Origin: Callorhinchus milii
Lineage: Eukaryota
DNA length: 64,000 nt
Direction of reading: 5' to 3'
Assembly (NCBI RefSeq): GCF_018977255.1
Contig: NW_024704742.1
Location: 79,548,001-79,612,000, forward strand
In this document: positions 51,478-64,000 of the stretch, one piece after another
Position numbering within the stretch: the stretch's first letter is position 1
How the letters are laid out: each line of letters starts with the position of its first letter
The notes under the pieces: generated by a model
Database searches by the model: none
Told to the model about the DNA's origin: nothing
Seen by the model: the letters and a program-made list of their open reading frames with translations, nothing else
Program-made: the position numbers and the translations under genes

Positions 51478-51790
51478 ATAAGACCATAAGACGTAGGAGC
51501 AGGAGTAGGCCATTCGGCCCCTCGAGCCTGCCCTGCCATTTAAAAAGTTCATGGCTGATCTTCTAACTTAATTCCATTTACCCGCCCTATCCCCATATCC
51601 CTTAATCCCTCTATCCTTTAGAAATCTATCAACCTCAGTCTTGAATATGTTCAAGGACTGAGCACCCACAGCCTTCTGGGATAGAGAATTCCACAAATTC
51701 ACCACCCTCCAAGTGAAGAAATGTTTCTTCAACTCAGTTCGAAAAGGCTGACCCTTAATCTTGAGACTACAAGCCCTAGTTTTAGAATGG
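51478..51790 (-). mobile_element. CR1-clade LINE 3' end, second family
   Basis: FFTWRVVNLWNSLSQKAV...FKTEVDRFL; 3' UTR seen on plus as AGGAGCAGGAGTAGGCCATTCGGCCCCTCGAGCC. Confidence 0.9.
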
Positions 51791-53054
51791 CCTAACTCAA
51801 TCTGTGTTAGGGCAGAATCCTGTGAATAAGGCAGAGAACCCATTTCTTTGCTCTCAAACTACAGTCGAGGCCCAGTCAAAGCCAAAGATTTCAGCAAGAC
51901 TTTGATTACAATTTGCTAGGATGGAATAATATTGAGAACTATTGTTTTGGAGCGGGAGGGGAGGGGAAGTTGGGGAAAGCACCTTTAGCAAGTTCAAGGA
52001 CTAGTCAATGTGTTGAATATCATAAGGTCAGTAAATTCCATGGCATAACACCATGGGTTTAAATTACCATAACTGCACCTTGCAATTTTCATTCTATTAA
52101 ATTGAAGGCCAGAGATGTGTTACATCAGTTAATACATCAACAACAACAATAGCAAGATTACATTTGTATAGTGCCTTTCACGTAAGGAGCACGTCCCAAG
52201 GCGCTGGAAGAGCTTCTCATAATACCATTTACTGCAGACTAAGTTCCAGTCATTATTGATTTAATCCAGACTCTGAAACAAGAGAAATTAAAATTGAGGA
52301 AGAAGAAAAAGAAAACAAAGAGAAAAAAAAAGTAAAAATGACCCATATCCTTACCGTGAGGTTCCATTATTTCCCTACATATATGACAATGATTCATTTC
52401 TCCTTTACTGTAGTTTACAAGCAAGGTTTGAACCCTCATATGCAAGTGCAAAACAAAATCATACACCATTGTTTTGAGCACACTTCAGGGATCCAAAGAG
52501 TAATGCAATTCATTAACCAGCCTGACCACAATCTCATCATTGCGCAGAAGGAAAGAAGTCATTGCTGAGATGCAGTGTGAATTCAACGAACACTTTGTAA
52601 TAAATGAGTAAGTCTATTGTGTATCAATAGTGGGGTTGTGAGAAACACAGATAAAGAGAGCTTGGAGTCTCTCACGGACACTTTAGATTGACCTTGCTCT
52701 GACTTTAAGCATCTGCCTACTCAACTGAAGCACAAACAATAACCCAGAGGAACAGACCTCATAATTAGCTTATTCCTCATTTACTAACATGGCCGAAATC
52801 ACCCATGTGTGCTTGCAGTTTGCATTGTTGATGCACAGCGGAAAGATAATTGATTTTAACTCAACATTATTAACCACCAACTTCTATTTAGCAACATTAA
52901 GTAATCTGAAATGAGCAGCATTTGTGTACGAGTGCAACATTACCAGTCGTTCAATCAATTATTATGTGATAAAACAGTTTGAAATAAGCCTAAGAATAAA
53001 TTTTAACCCCTAAAGTAATAATCTTTGCATTTGATATTGCACCTATATATAAAA

Positions 53055-53560
53055 AAAATTGATCACTCAATCCATGGCTGTTTGTGGGACACAGCTGTAT
53101 GCAATTGGATGCTGCATTTTGCCCACAAAATATAGTCACTACACTTTACAGTGTATCCTTTGAAGCACTTTGAGATGACTCAAAGACATGATAAGGCATT
53201 ATATCAAATGCAAGGATTTATTATGAAGTCAAATCATCTCAAAGCGCTTCACAAGAATGGTTGTAGAGTGTAGTGGTTGTGTACTTGAAGGCAAAATGGC
53301 AACCAATTTGCATATAGCAATATCCCATAAATAGGCATGAAATGAATGATGATGGTATCTCGAAGACTGTTGACTGGGACCCTGGGAGAAACTCACTTCT
53401 CTTTTTAAATAGTATCATGGGATCTTTATTGTCTACCTATACATACAGACCGAACTTCAGTTTAATGTTTCATCTGAAAGACATCACCTCCAACAATGCA
53501 GAGCTTCCCCAGCACTGTATTGCAGTTCCAGTCTAGTCCATTAGGCCTGATGTGGGACAT
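53055..53560. mobile_element. SINE cluster (plus 3' fragment 53055-53224, minus Deu SINE 53225-53560)
   Basis: Shared tail and Deu motifs. Confidence 0.7.
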
Positions 53561-54579
53561 ATAATGGATGTTCTGTTTCTTTTACTGATTTGCATGAAAT
53601 AGAATAATGATGGTATCAAGAATTATTTTCTAATATGTTACTCAGATCATATATTTTAGATATTAGAGTATTGTAATCAGCAGGCAGTTTGTGTCAATAT
53701 CAGTATATCAGCAATTCTAATGGGAGCAATTAATGGATTTGTGTTCTTCAATATTAACTCTTGAAATGTAGTTGAGGTGACCCAGGACATCCACTGTGGT
53801 GAAGCCCGTGAAGTTAGATTTTAACAAAAATGTGTTTATTTTTTCATACAATGCTTTCAGTGAACTGGTTCTTAAAGTCAGGTCTCATCTAACTGCAGTG
53901 TCACATTGAATGAATACACACGGGCAAAGCTTCGGTGCAAAAATTTTCTCTGCTGACATTACCTTTCTGTTTCCTTCACTTCTCAGCATTTTATTAAAAT
54001 GTTTAAACATATCAGAAGCTTTAATTATGAAAGAAATGATCTCCAAAGTCTTTTTATTTATTGCTGCTGCATTATTTAAAGTTTGCACTATTGTGCCATT
54101 TTTAGGGAGTGGGGGGAGAAAAATAAATCATATCTTTGCCTTCTATCAGTTCCAGCACTTTATCTTCCCAGGGATAATTGCTTATCATAGTAACCAGTCG
54201 CTTGATACTTTCAGTGGCTTCAAGAGCTCAGCAAAGACAGACAAGGTGCTTAGGGAACGAATTGATGTCCAATAGTTTTTACACAAATTGGGTAAAAGAT
54301 CAAACATTTTTCAACTTGCCTATTTTGTTTTTCATTTCTCTAAGGCTTCCCCTTTCTTCCCTTGATTCCCTTAGGATATAATTCACTGAACTAAACAACA
54401 ATAATGCTCTCAAGTCCACGGTGTTAATTTCCGAAAGGATTCAATAAGGTCATAAAAGGAAGGGTGAGGAATAAAATTGCTTTTAGCTGAGATGAAACTC
54501 TTGATCATATCTGATTGTATCAGCAGCATTGTGAAAGTCACAGGTGTAACTTAACACTGGTCGATTAAACAGCCATATA

Positions 54580-56197
54580 CATTTAGGAAGGATTACAATT
54601 ATATACAGTGATCACAACATCATTAGGTTTAGAGCACTTATGGAAAAGGACAAGGAACAATCAAAGGTGAAGATACTCAACTGGAAAAGGGCTAATTTCA
54701 GTGAGTTAAAAAGAGACCTATCCAAGGTGGATTGGAAAGAAAGACTAGCAGGTAAAACAGCTAACAAGCAATGGGAAGCCTCCAAGGAGGAGATAGTTCA
54801 TGGACAGAACAAATACATTCCCACAAACCTCCCTGGATGACTAAGGAAATTAGAATTAAAACAAAACAGAAAAAAGAGGCTTATGATAAATGTCAGGTCC
54901 AACATACAGAAGTTAATCAAATAGAATATACAAAGTAATAATAACAATAATCCTTGCATTTGATATAGCGCTTTTCATATCTTCTTGACGTCTCAAAGCG
55001 CTTCACTGAATAGACTGTAAAGTGAATTGACTGTATATTTGTGGGCGAAACGCGGTAGCCAATTGCGCACAGCAGTGTCCCACAAACAGTTGTGGATTGA
55101 AATGACCAATTTATTATTGATTTTTTTTCTTGAGGGATTATTATCAGGCGTGGAATAAGGAAACTTGCCCAAGGTTTCACCCTGCTGGGAATCGAACCCA
55201 AGTCTCTTGCTTGCAAAGTGAGTGCTCTAACCACTGAGCTACAGGACTCCATAGAGGAGAACAGAGTACAGAGGAGAACTGAAAAAGGAAATAAGAGGGG
55301 CAAAGAGACAATATGAGAAAAGATCAGCAGGTAACATAAAAGGGAACCTATGGTATTTTGTAAGTATATAAAGAATAAAAGGTTAGTCAAAGGTATGGTG
55401 GATCCAATTAGGGAACATAGAGGAAATCTGCCTGTGGATGCAGGGATCGGTATTTGGACCACTGCTCTTTTTGATCTATATAAATGACCGGGACTTGTGT
55501 TTTGGGAGTACATGGCAAAAGTATTGGATGAGTACTGATGCCACAGTTTCAGAGGAGAGGGTAGAGAAATTGGACAAGATAAGAATAAACTGAGAGGAGG
55601 TACTAAAAAGGTTGATGGTGCTCAAGGAAGATAAGTCACCCAGTCCGGACGGGATGCATCCGAGGTTACTGAGGGAAGCAAGGGTGGAAATAATGGAGGC
55701 TCTGGCCACAACCTTTCAATCCTCTTTGGACACTGGGGTGGTGTCAGAGGACTGGAGGGTTCCAAATATTACTCCCCTATACAAAAAGAGGCAGAAGGAT
55801 AAACCCAGGAATTAAAGGCCAGTCAGCCTAATGTCAGTAGTGGAGAAACTTCTAGAGACAATAATAATAATAATAATCCTTGCATTTGATATAGGGCTTT
55901 TCACGTCTTCTAGGCGTGTCAAAGCACTTCACAGAATAGACTGTAAAACTGAATTGACAGTATATTTGTGAGCGAAATCCAGGACAAAATATATTTTCAC
56001 TTAGAAAAATATGGGTTAATAAAAGACAGACAACACGGATTTGTAAAAGGTTTTTTTACGAAGTAACAGAGAGGGTGGATGATGTTAGTGTATTTGATGT
56101 AGTTTATATGGATTTTCATTTGATAAAGTGCCACATAAGAGACTTGCAAGCAAAATAGAAGCCCACGGTATTAAAGAGACAGTGACTGCATGGATAC
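54580..56197 (+). mobile_element. CR1 ORF2, endonuclease end to RT N-terminal part, interrupted
   Basis: SDHNIIRF, ILNWKRANF, KSPSPDGMHPRLLRE, N*RPVSLMSVVEKLLE and DVVYMDF; SINE inserts at 54936-55251 and 55861-55975. Confidence 0.93.
54936..55251 (-). mobile_element. Full-length young tRNA(Ala) SINE nested in CR1
   Basis: Complete head-to-tail copy; the CR1 reading frame resumes after it. Confidence 0.92.
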
Positions 56198-57582
56198 CCT
56201 CGAAATTAGTTTAAACCCTTCCCCACAGGTTACCCTCCCTGCAAGGACACAAGTCCCAGCCCCGTTCAGGTGTAACCCATCCATCTTGTACAAGTCCCAC
56301 CTGCCCCAGAACTGGTTCCATTGATCGTGGAGTCCTGTATCTCAGTGGTTAGAGCACTCGCTTTGCGAGCGAGAGACCTGAGTTCAATTCCAGGCACAGG
56401 GCGAAACCTTGGGCAAGTTTTCTTACTCCACACACTTAATAATAATCCCTCCAAAACAAAACAATAATAAATTGGTCATTTTCAATCTACGACTATTTGT
56501 GGGACATTGCTGTGCACAATTGGATGCCGCGTTCGCCCACAAATATACAGTCAATTCACTTTACAGTCTATTCTGTGAAGCGCTTTGGGATGTCTAGAAG
56601 ACGTGAAAAGCCTATATCAAGTGCAAGGATTATTATTATAATTATCCAGGAACCTGAAGCCCTCCTTTCTGCACCATTTCTCCAACCATTTATTCATATG
56701 TTTGATCCTGATGTTTTGATACTCACTTGCACAAGGCACTGGGAGTAATCCAGAGATCACCACCTCTTTAGCTTTTTCCCTAGCTTTTGATACTCTCCCT
56801 GTAGGATCTCAGCCCTTTTTTACCCCTATGTCATGGCTCCCAACATTGACCACAACTTCTGGATGTTCCCTTCCCCCCTGTAGAACGTTTTACACCCGTT
56901 CCATGATGACTTCAATTCTGGCTCCAGGGAGGCAACGTACCATGCAAGAGTCACGTCTTTGGTTACAGAAACGCCTGTCTACTCCTTTCACCATTGTGTC
57001 CCCAATGACAATTGCATTGACACTCTTGTGTCCCCCTATGCATCCATTTGCTTTTGAATCCCCTCTCCAGAGGTGTCATCAACCTCACAGGTATTCAGTA
57101 CAGAGAACCGGTTTGTGAATGCCACACTCTCAGGGAATTTCTGCACTGCCCATCTCCCCTTTTACTACCATGCTGGATGGTCACCCATTCACTCTCCTTC
57201 TGAACCCTCTGTGGGGTGACCACCTTCCGAAATGTTCATTCCATGAACTCTTCAGCCTTCCGTATGCTATGTAGTGACAACAGCTCTCCTTAAGCTTAGA
57301 AACCCTGAGCTCAAGCAGCCACAGGCACTTCTTACACATGTGTTTGTTCAGGGCACACAAAGTATCCTGGAGGTCCCACATGGCACACATTGTGCATGTA
57401 ACTGGTCTCAGCTGCCCTGCAATATTCCTAGACATATTTTATATAACTATTATATATTTTATAATTATGCACCTCTTTACCCCTCTGCATCGAATTTCCA
57501 CTCTCACCAAATTCCTTAACAGAATTTTCACTCTGTTCCACCTCACTCAGTTACCTCCTTATGCTGCTGGGCTCACTGATCA
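56198..57582 (-). mobile_element. CR1 5' UTR and ORF1 (zinc finger/leucine zipper plus SGNH esterase-like domain), inverted
   Basis: CTMCAMW...CKKC...LELRVSKL; AIVIGDT, CLPGARI, VNVGSHDIG, WGRWDLYKMDGLHLN; ends GKGLN*. Confidence 0.88.
56327..56645 (+). mobile_element. Full-length young tRNA(Ala) SINE nested in CR1 ORF1
   Basis: Splits the ORF1 motif FRFLD|QWNQFW. Confidence 0.92.
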
Positions 57583-58330
57583 AGATAGATAAAGCTGTTA
57601 AAAAAGCATACGGGATACTAGGCTTTATAAATAGGGGCATAGAATATAAAAGTCAGGAAGTTATGATGAACCTTTATAAAACACTGGTTAGGCCTCAGCT
57701 AGAGTACTGTGTTTAGTTCTGGGCATCAAACTATAGGAAGGATAATAATAATAATTAATAATAATAATAATCCTTGCATTTGATATAGCGCTTTTCACGT
57801 CTTCTAGACATCGCAAAGATGTCAAGGCATTGGAGAGGGTGCAAAGGAGATTTACCAGGATGGTACCAGGAATGAAGAACTTCAGTTATCAGGAGAGGCT
57901 AGAAAAGCTAGGATTATTCTCCTTAGAGCAGAGAAGGTTAAGAGGAGACTTAATAGGAGTTTTCAAAATTATGAGGGGACTCGATAGGGTGAAGAAGGAG
58001 AAACTACTTCCACTGACGGGTGGGTCGGTAATCCAAAGGCACCAATTTAAAATAGTTGTTAAAAGAAACAGAGGGGAGGTGAGAAGAACTTTTTTCACAC
58101 AGCGAGTTGTTTGGATCTGAAATGCATTGCCTGAAAGGGTGGTGGAAGCCAACCCGATAACAACATTTAAGAGAGAAGTAGATAATTATTTGGGGAGGAC
58201 AAGTTTGGAAGGCTATGGGGAGAGAACAGGTGAGTGGGATTGATTTGGATAGGTCTTTTAAAAGAGCCGGCACAGGCACGATGGGCCGAATGACCTCCTT
58301 CTGTGCTGTATAATGCTATGTCTATGATTA
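57583..58330 (+). mobile_element. CR1 ORF2 C-terminus and 3' UTR, with a SINE tail at 57742-57817
   Basis: [34 protein letters not shown] and [16 protein letters not shown]1 3' tail. Confidence 0.95.
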
Positions 58331-59179
58331 GTGAGTACAACAATATAATACGTACTCTCTTCATGGAGGAATGCACCCTGAGAACTGAAGCTTAGGGACC
58401 CCAGAGTGAGGGCTGGTTTAACTGCAAAGTTTAACCAACTAGAAATGCGTTGCTTTTTATTACAGCTACAAATTCAGCTATAATAATCATAGAGGGACAA
58501 AGACTGTCCTTTCATCTCTGAGGTGAAGTTGAAGACTCATGGTTTGAAAATCCCTGTCTGTGGACAACCAACAATGCAATTTGTCATACTACTCAGGCTC
58601 ACGTGAAAGAGGCTTCAACTATCCTTTTGTGATTGAATGACTTCCTCACAGTGGCTATTCTAATTCAAGCACCTTTTGATTTAACCATGCCAAGCCAACA
58701 TGCTCAATCACAGTCCATACATATGTTGACCATCCAATGTGATGATGTAGTAATGCTGAGGAATGGAGTTGGAGGTTGTATGTTTAGGCCTGTGAGGCCC
58801 CAAACCTTATCTAGTCTTAACCTGTTTTAAAATAAAAAAATGCCTATAATTGTGGAATATGCTACAGTGACAACAACAACTTGCATTTATATAGCAATCT
58901 TCACGCCAGATGGCGTCTCGGAGCACTCAGAGTGACTAGAACTGTATGTAGTATTCTAGGTGCAGCCTTACAAGCGCACTATGCAGTTCGAATATGATGT
59001 TGGAGTGTATCTCAACTCAACAGATTTAGTAATATAGATCAGTATCCTGTTTGTCTTGATTATTGCTGCTAACTGTGGTAAGATGAACTACAAATTAAGA
59101 TTGACTTTAAGAATTTGCCACAATTTTGCTCAATCTTAAAGTTAAAGACCTAATAATTTTAATGATAAAGGGGAAGACT

Positions 59180-59440
59180 AGTTGCCATCCTTTGGTTCAG
59201 ATATTAAGCCAGATCCCATTTGCTTGTTAAAGATCCCATGGCACTGTTTGACAAAAGAAGGGATGCTCTCCTAGTTTCTGAACAGCAATCTCATGATAAA
59301 ATTGGTCATTCACTTGACCAATTTTGCCATTTGCAAATTGGCTGCCATGTTTGCTCCAAATAACAGTTACCATATTTAAATCATAAATTTAATTGCCTTG
59401 AGACATTCTTCCAATGTGAAAGGTGCTGCATCAAAATTAT
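59180..59440 (+). mobile_element. Deu-domain SINE fragment
   Basis: TTAAAGATCCCATGGCACTG Deu motif plus tail. Confidence 0.65.
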
Positions 59441-60659
59441 TAGTTAATAGTAATAGAGAAAGTTAATTAACTATTATTTATTGGTTAATATTAACTACTA
59501 TTAATAGTATTTGAAGTGTTAAGACTTGTTTATCAGCAGCCTAGAGGCTGCTTCCCGCTGTATGGTAACAAGGAGATTAGAAAAAAACTAATTTGAAAAG
59601 AAAATGACAATAAACATCATGTCTAACTTCACAGGAAAACTATTATTTTGCTAGCACAACCCTCATTTATTTGGGCATTGTTTTGAGGAATGCAATCAGC
59701 TCATTACAAGTTTCTATTCTCTGTACCATCAAGGTTGCACCAAAAATGCCCTAAAACCAAAACTAACAGTGAAAAATTTTAAATCCAACAAATTAAGTTC
59801 CTAATCTGGTCCTTTTGAAAAAGAATGAAAGTGGCCAGCAGTAAAATATTTGCTGCCAGAGTCAACGTCGACTTCAGATGTAATCATGCAAATTAGGATA
59901 TTTCTCTTTATGTGGGGAGAATTTCAGTGACATTTGAATGACATTTTGATCATTTCAAAAATTGTTGCCAATTTAATACACAAAATTTCCAATTGTACTT
60001 GTTTTTCTTCTGATCTCCTACACTTATTTCATGTTGAGAGAATATTCCAAAAGGACTCGAGATCCTAGTTGAGCGTCGGAGCAGGGAGTGGAGGGTGGCA
60101 GCTGACAGGGTGAAAAAGATAACCAAAAGCACATTGTGGGACTATTGTAGCTATTGGCATTCTTGGCTTAACTCATACATGCAAATACAAAAACAAAGAA
60201 ATGTACTGGCAGATTTCAGTGATGAATTCTCACAGCTTTGCTGCACAGAAAACATATGCTTAACAGCCTTTCCGATACTCCATAAACTTCAAAGACATAC
60301 CGTACAGTTTTTATTGAAAAATGAAAAGGGGTTTCGCTCTCCTTTCATCTCTTTTTGCACTATATTTATGAGTTTTAGATCAATGGTTTAATATGGATTT
60401 AAGATACGAGTTTGACTTGTGTCCTTCTGACTCATCATATTCCCTCCTGTCAGTAAAACTTAAAAGAAAATAGTTGAAGCTGAAGGCAAGCCTTGCACTG
60501 AAAGGGTAACTACAGCAAAATAATCCATCTGGATTGCCACAAAACACTTGTTACTCAGATCTGTTGTACTCTGAAGCTGGAAAAAAATGCTCTCCAGATT
60601 TTCTTTCAGTTCATGTCCTGAATGCTTTTAAGCAGTTATTTGCAGAGAAGCTTGCGAAG

Positions 60660-60870
60660 ACTGAGGGGAACCTCTGTGTCTTGTTTGATTGTTATCTGTG
60701 CTTTAATCCTCATATTCGTACTCTGACCTGCTCAGCTTCCACCACCTCTTTAACATTGCTTGTCTCCATCACTACCTCTCACCCTCAGGTCGCAGAGACT
60801 CTAATTCATGCATGCATCACATCCAGACAAGACTATACCAACTGCTCACTGGACTACCCACCCCTTCCCT
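60660..60870 (+). mobile_element. Old L2 fragment
   Basis: NLCVLFD...PQVAETLIHACITSRQDY. Confidence 0.7.
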
Positions 60871-61744
60871 TCCCAAGCCACAGACAATCAGACTCCATGT
60901 CTTACTGCAGGTGGCTATGGGCTGCATCATTGTCAGAGGTTTTGAGAATGGAGCTGAACCGTGTGGTCATCAGGAAAGCAGTTTCACTCCTGACCTGACA
61001 ACAGAGGGAAGATCATTGATGAAGTACAGGAACTTTTGTAATAACGTCGTCTAGAGCTGTGATGATTGTCAAAAAACGACAACAGCACAACTTGCACAGA
61101 GATGTTGCTCTTATGAGTTCCTCCCGCTCACAATTTGCTGTTCGAGACAAATAGGATATTGGACCAAAAATGTTTAGAATGAAAATAGCTGAAGTGGAGT
61201 GGTGTCTTTCCAAAATGGGTCTGCATTTTGAAGCAACAATGCCTTTGCTCAGATTCAGCAAGTCATTCTATCACTCTATTATTCTGTATAATTGCTATGC
61301 CCACTTTGTATTCATCAAACTCAGAACTCCTGCATCAGTGAATAAATGAATCCAGACCATCGTTATAAATGAGTACAGTCATGCTTATCTGAAATGCTGT
61401 CATCAGGAACCATGCAGAAACCATATTAAAGGCGATGGGCTGGGGAGAGTTTGTTAGTTTCTCTGCTACAAAAGCATTGGCAAATTGTCTTTCACTGATG
61501 ACGTTAGGATATTTATTTATTTTTGGCCGGCTATGATTAATCTATTGAAAAGATTACTCACACAACCAATTTGATTTTGGAAATCAATTTTATTTTTCTA
61601 GAACATATTCAATGTACCCTCATTCTGCATGAGTATCTATCTTAATATACATACTTCAATCTTACATTTTAACAATAAAGAATCTCTACGTCAGGGAAGT
61701 ATCCAGACATGACTGTAAGATGACCTTGACATTGAGTTTTAGGG

Positions 61745-62095
61745 GTCAAACTGGCTCATTTGGTAGCAATCTCACTTCTGAACCACGAGGCTGTGAGTTC
61801 ATGCCCCTCACCAGTACTTGGAACTCACATCCTCTGGACTGACACGCCAATGCAGTGCTGCTGGAATGACGTTCAAAGTGCCATCCTTTGGACGTGGTTT
61901 GAAATGGATATCCTGTTTGCCTTTTATTCAGAAAGAGGAGTTTCTCCCAGCGTTCTGGCCAGCAATGCCTCATTAAAAAAAATGATCATTCACTTCATGG
62001 CTGTTTGCAAGACATTGCTGTGTACAAACTGTCTGCAAGTTTGCTCAGAAAATACACAGCAAATCCTGTGAAGTGCTTGCTCATAATTATTATTG
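61745..62095 (+). mobile_element. Deu-domain SINE (near full-length, degenerate)
   Basis: Head TGGCTCATTTGGTAGCA..., Deu block, tail remnant. Confidence 0.72.
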
Positions 62096-63523
62096 ACTGA
62101 CTTTATTAGCCGGGATTCTCAGTCTGGTTTGGTATTTTATCAAACTGTACTACACACCAGAAAGGGAAACTTGTTTTTTTTAAAAAAGTTAAAAGTAAGT
62201 TTCTGTGCAGTTACAAGCATTTCTCTGAATGTTCTGTGGAAAAGCTAAACAGAGTCCAAACATGGAAGCATTGCAGTGCACTTATGGCATGATTTTGATA
62301 AATAATAAATAACTGCAGTCTGTTAAATGTTTCATCAATAACTTATTATTTGTACTTAATTTGCATAACATCCACATTAAATTAGATTTCAGTCAGTGAC
62401 ACACAATAGTCTTTAACAATGTAAACATGAAATGTCAAATTTCAGAGCCAGAAGATTCCCAGTCCTATAGGGAAACCACCCTGGTAAGTGCAATGGAATA
62501 ACTACAAACCTTAAAAATACAAGCCTTAGATTCCAGTATTTACGGTCCTTGCTCACACTTGAAGAAGACCAGTGGGTGAGGTGCTGGAGGTGAACGACGA
62601 GCATAGAACACCACCCCACCCAGCAACAGACAATGGAATAAATCCTGTTTGGTTTGCTCACACGAGTTTACATTATTTATCCCAATGTCTTCTGTGGAGG
62701 TTGGGGAACGCAAATGTGTGTGACTTACTAAGGAGAGCAGACTTGAGAGAGGCCTGGTGAAAGGAGAATATGATGGGGCAAAGGAGACACTGCACAATAT
62801 GTCCAGAGATATCAGAGTAATAAATCAATCTCTCTTTTTCTTTCATTGATGATACTTCAGATATCAGATTTTCTTTAGCTCTCTGGAAACACAAATTAAG
62901 TGGGGTTTTGCTGCACAGAGGGTATCGTTGGGCATATCTTCGTGTCATGCTACACACAACTGTGGAACTCAATACTGGAAGCTGTAGTTGAAGCAAATAA
63001 CAACAAAGTATCTAAAAGAAAACACAATGTGTACATGATGGAGAAGGGAAAAATATAGGAGAGGGGATAGGCAGGGATAGGGCCTTGTGCGGAGTACAAA
63101 CACTGGCAGAGACTAGTTTGGCTGAATGACCTGTCTCAATATCATTTCACTGTATGTTACCTGGCCATAGGCACAGAAATAGGCCATTAAGCCCCCAACT
63201 AGTCCATATTTGTGATTATACTCCACATGTCTCCACCCTTCCTCACCTCCCCTCCCTCTATTCTGCTTGACCACATGTATTATTATTATTATTATTATTA
63301 TGTATGTGTGGTTGGGAACATGCAGCTACAGCCCCCTGAGCTTTATGATAAACAAAGTGTCAGTCCTTGAAGTGTTTCAAATTGCTACGGCAACTCAAAA
63401 CCATTTAAATTTGAGTGTGGATTAAATAATTGAACAACCTATAACTTTGCCTCGGCCAAACCAAGCCATCTGCCAGCCCTCCCATTATTTCTATTGCTGA
63501 GTTCTGGAACAGGAATTTGGGGA

Positions 63524-63561
63524 CCCCTGATTCTTCCCCTGATTCTTCCCCTGATTCTTCC
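63524..63561 (+). repeat. Tandem repeat, 3 x CCCCTGATTCTT
   Basis: Three perfect 12-nt units. Confidence 0.95.
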
Positions 63562-63849
63562 AGCTATGCCAAGGCACGGCGATAAATGATTACAGGTTCT
63601 GGCTTGTGACAAGAAAGTTCGTAGCAGGCAGAGGAATGTATTTCTTAACACAGAAGGAAAACAACATGAGTTACCAGGAAAAGATGTTTGAGGCCAGGAC
63701 TCTGAAAGGACACAATCCAAAAGGCTCATGGGCCTTCCTTATCTAGACCAATCTTGTGGGTTAATTACAATAGACTGCAATTGTTAGTCAATGGACACAG
63801 AGAATTTTAAAATCTTTCTTGTACATCTAACATTTTATAATATATAAAT

Positions 63850-63945
63850 ATAGAATCATAGAATCTTACAGCACTGAAGGAGGCCATTTGGCCCATTGTG
63901 CCAGCTCTTTGAAAGAGCTATTCAACTAGTCCCGTAGCCCTGCTA
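63850..63945 (-). mobile_element. CR1 3' tail fragment
   Basis: ATAGAATCATAGAATC...GAAGGAGGCCATT...GCTCTTTGAAAGAGC matches the other CR1 ends. Confidence 0.8.
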
Positions 63946-64000
63946 TTTTTTGCTTATAAAATATATAAATTAATATAATATTTTATAATATATTTATAAT

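Noticed and set aside
53910..54275. 121-aa hydrophobic ORF
   Set aside because: Hydrophobicity reflects T-rich DNA and there is no family motif
63439..63729. ORF with a GRIR repeat, or a CRISPR-like array
   Set aside because: Caused by a 12-bp tandem triplication with no spacers

Overview
Eukaryotic, non-coding, repeat-dense vertebrate DNA, most likely a cartilaginous fish and possibly a chimaera (inferred from the repeat set: L2 and CR1 LINEs, Deu-domain SINEs, a shark-type Penelope terminal repeat). I found no intact protein-coding gene, RNA gene or CRISPR array. The long ORFs I could recognise are fragments or antisense frames of L2/CR1 LINEs, and the rest resemble no family I know. The window looks like a large intron or 5' non-coding region, tentatively of a plus-strand gene: there is one well-formed non-coding exon at 21102-21237 and an excess of minus-strand L2 copies. 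The main points of interest are (1) a mosaic tRNA-Ala/CORE-like/Deu/L2-tail SINE present in three evolutionary stages, (2) a covarying 3' stem-loop shared by the L2s and SINEs, (3) tail-to-target microhomology at nested insertions, (4) a scrambled CR1 with an inverted ORF1 and a displaced RT motif, (5) a decayed Penelope hammerhead ribozyme, (6) several palindromic MITE-like families, and (7) candidate RFX/CTCF regulatory sites. Family assignments come from remembered consensus motifs, not from database searches, and most boundaries are approximate (about +/-10-20 bp). I cannot support a wholly new biological system here.
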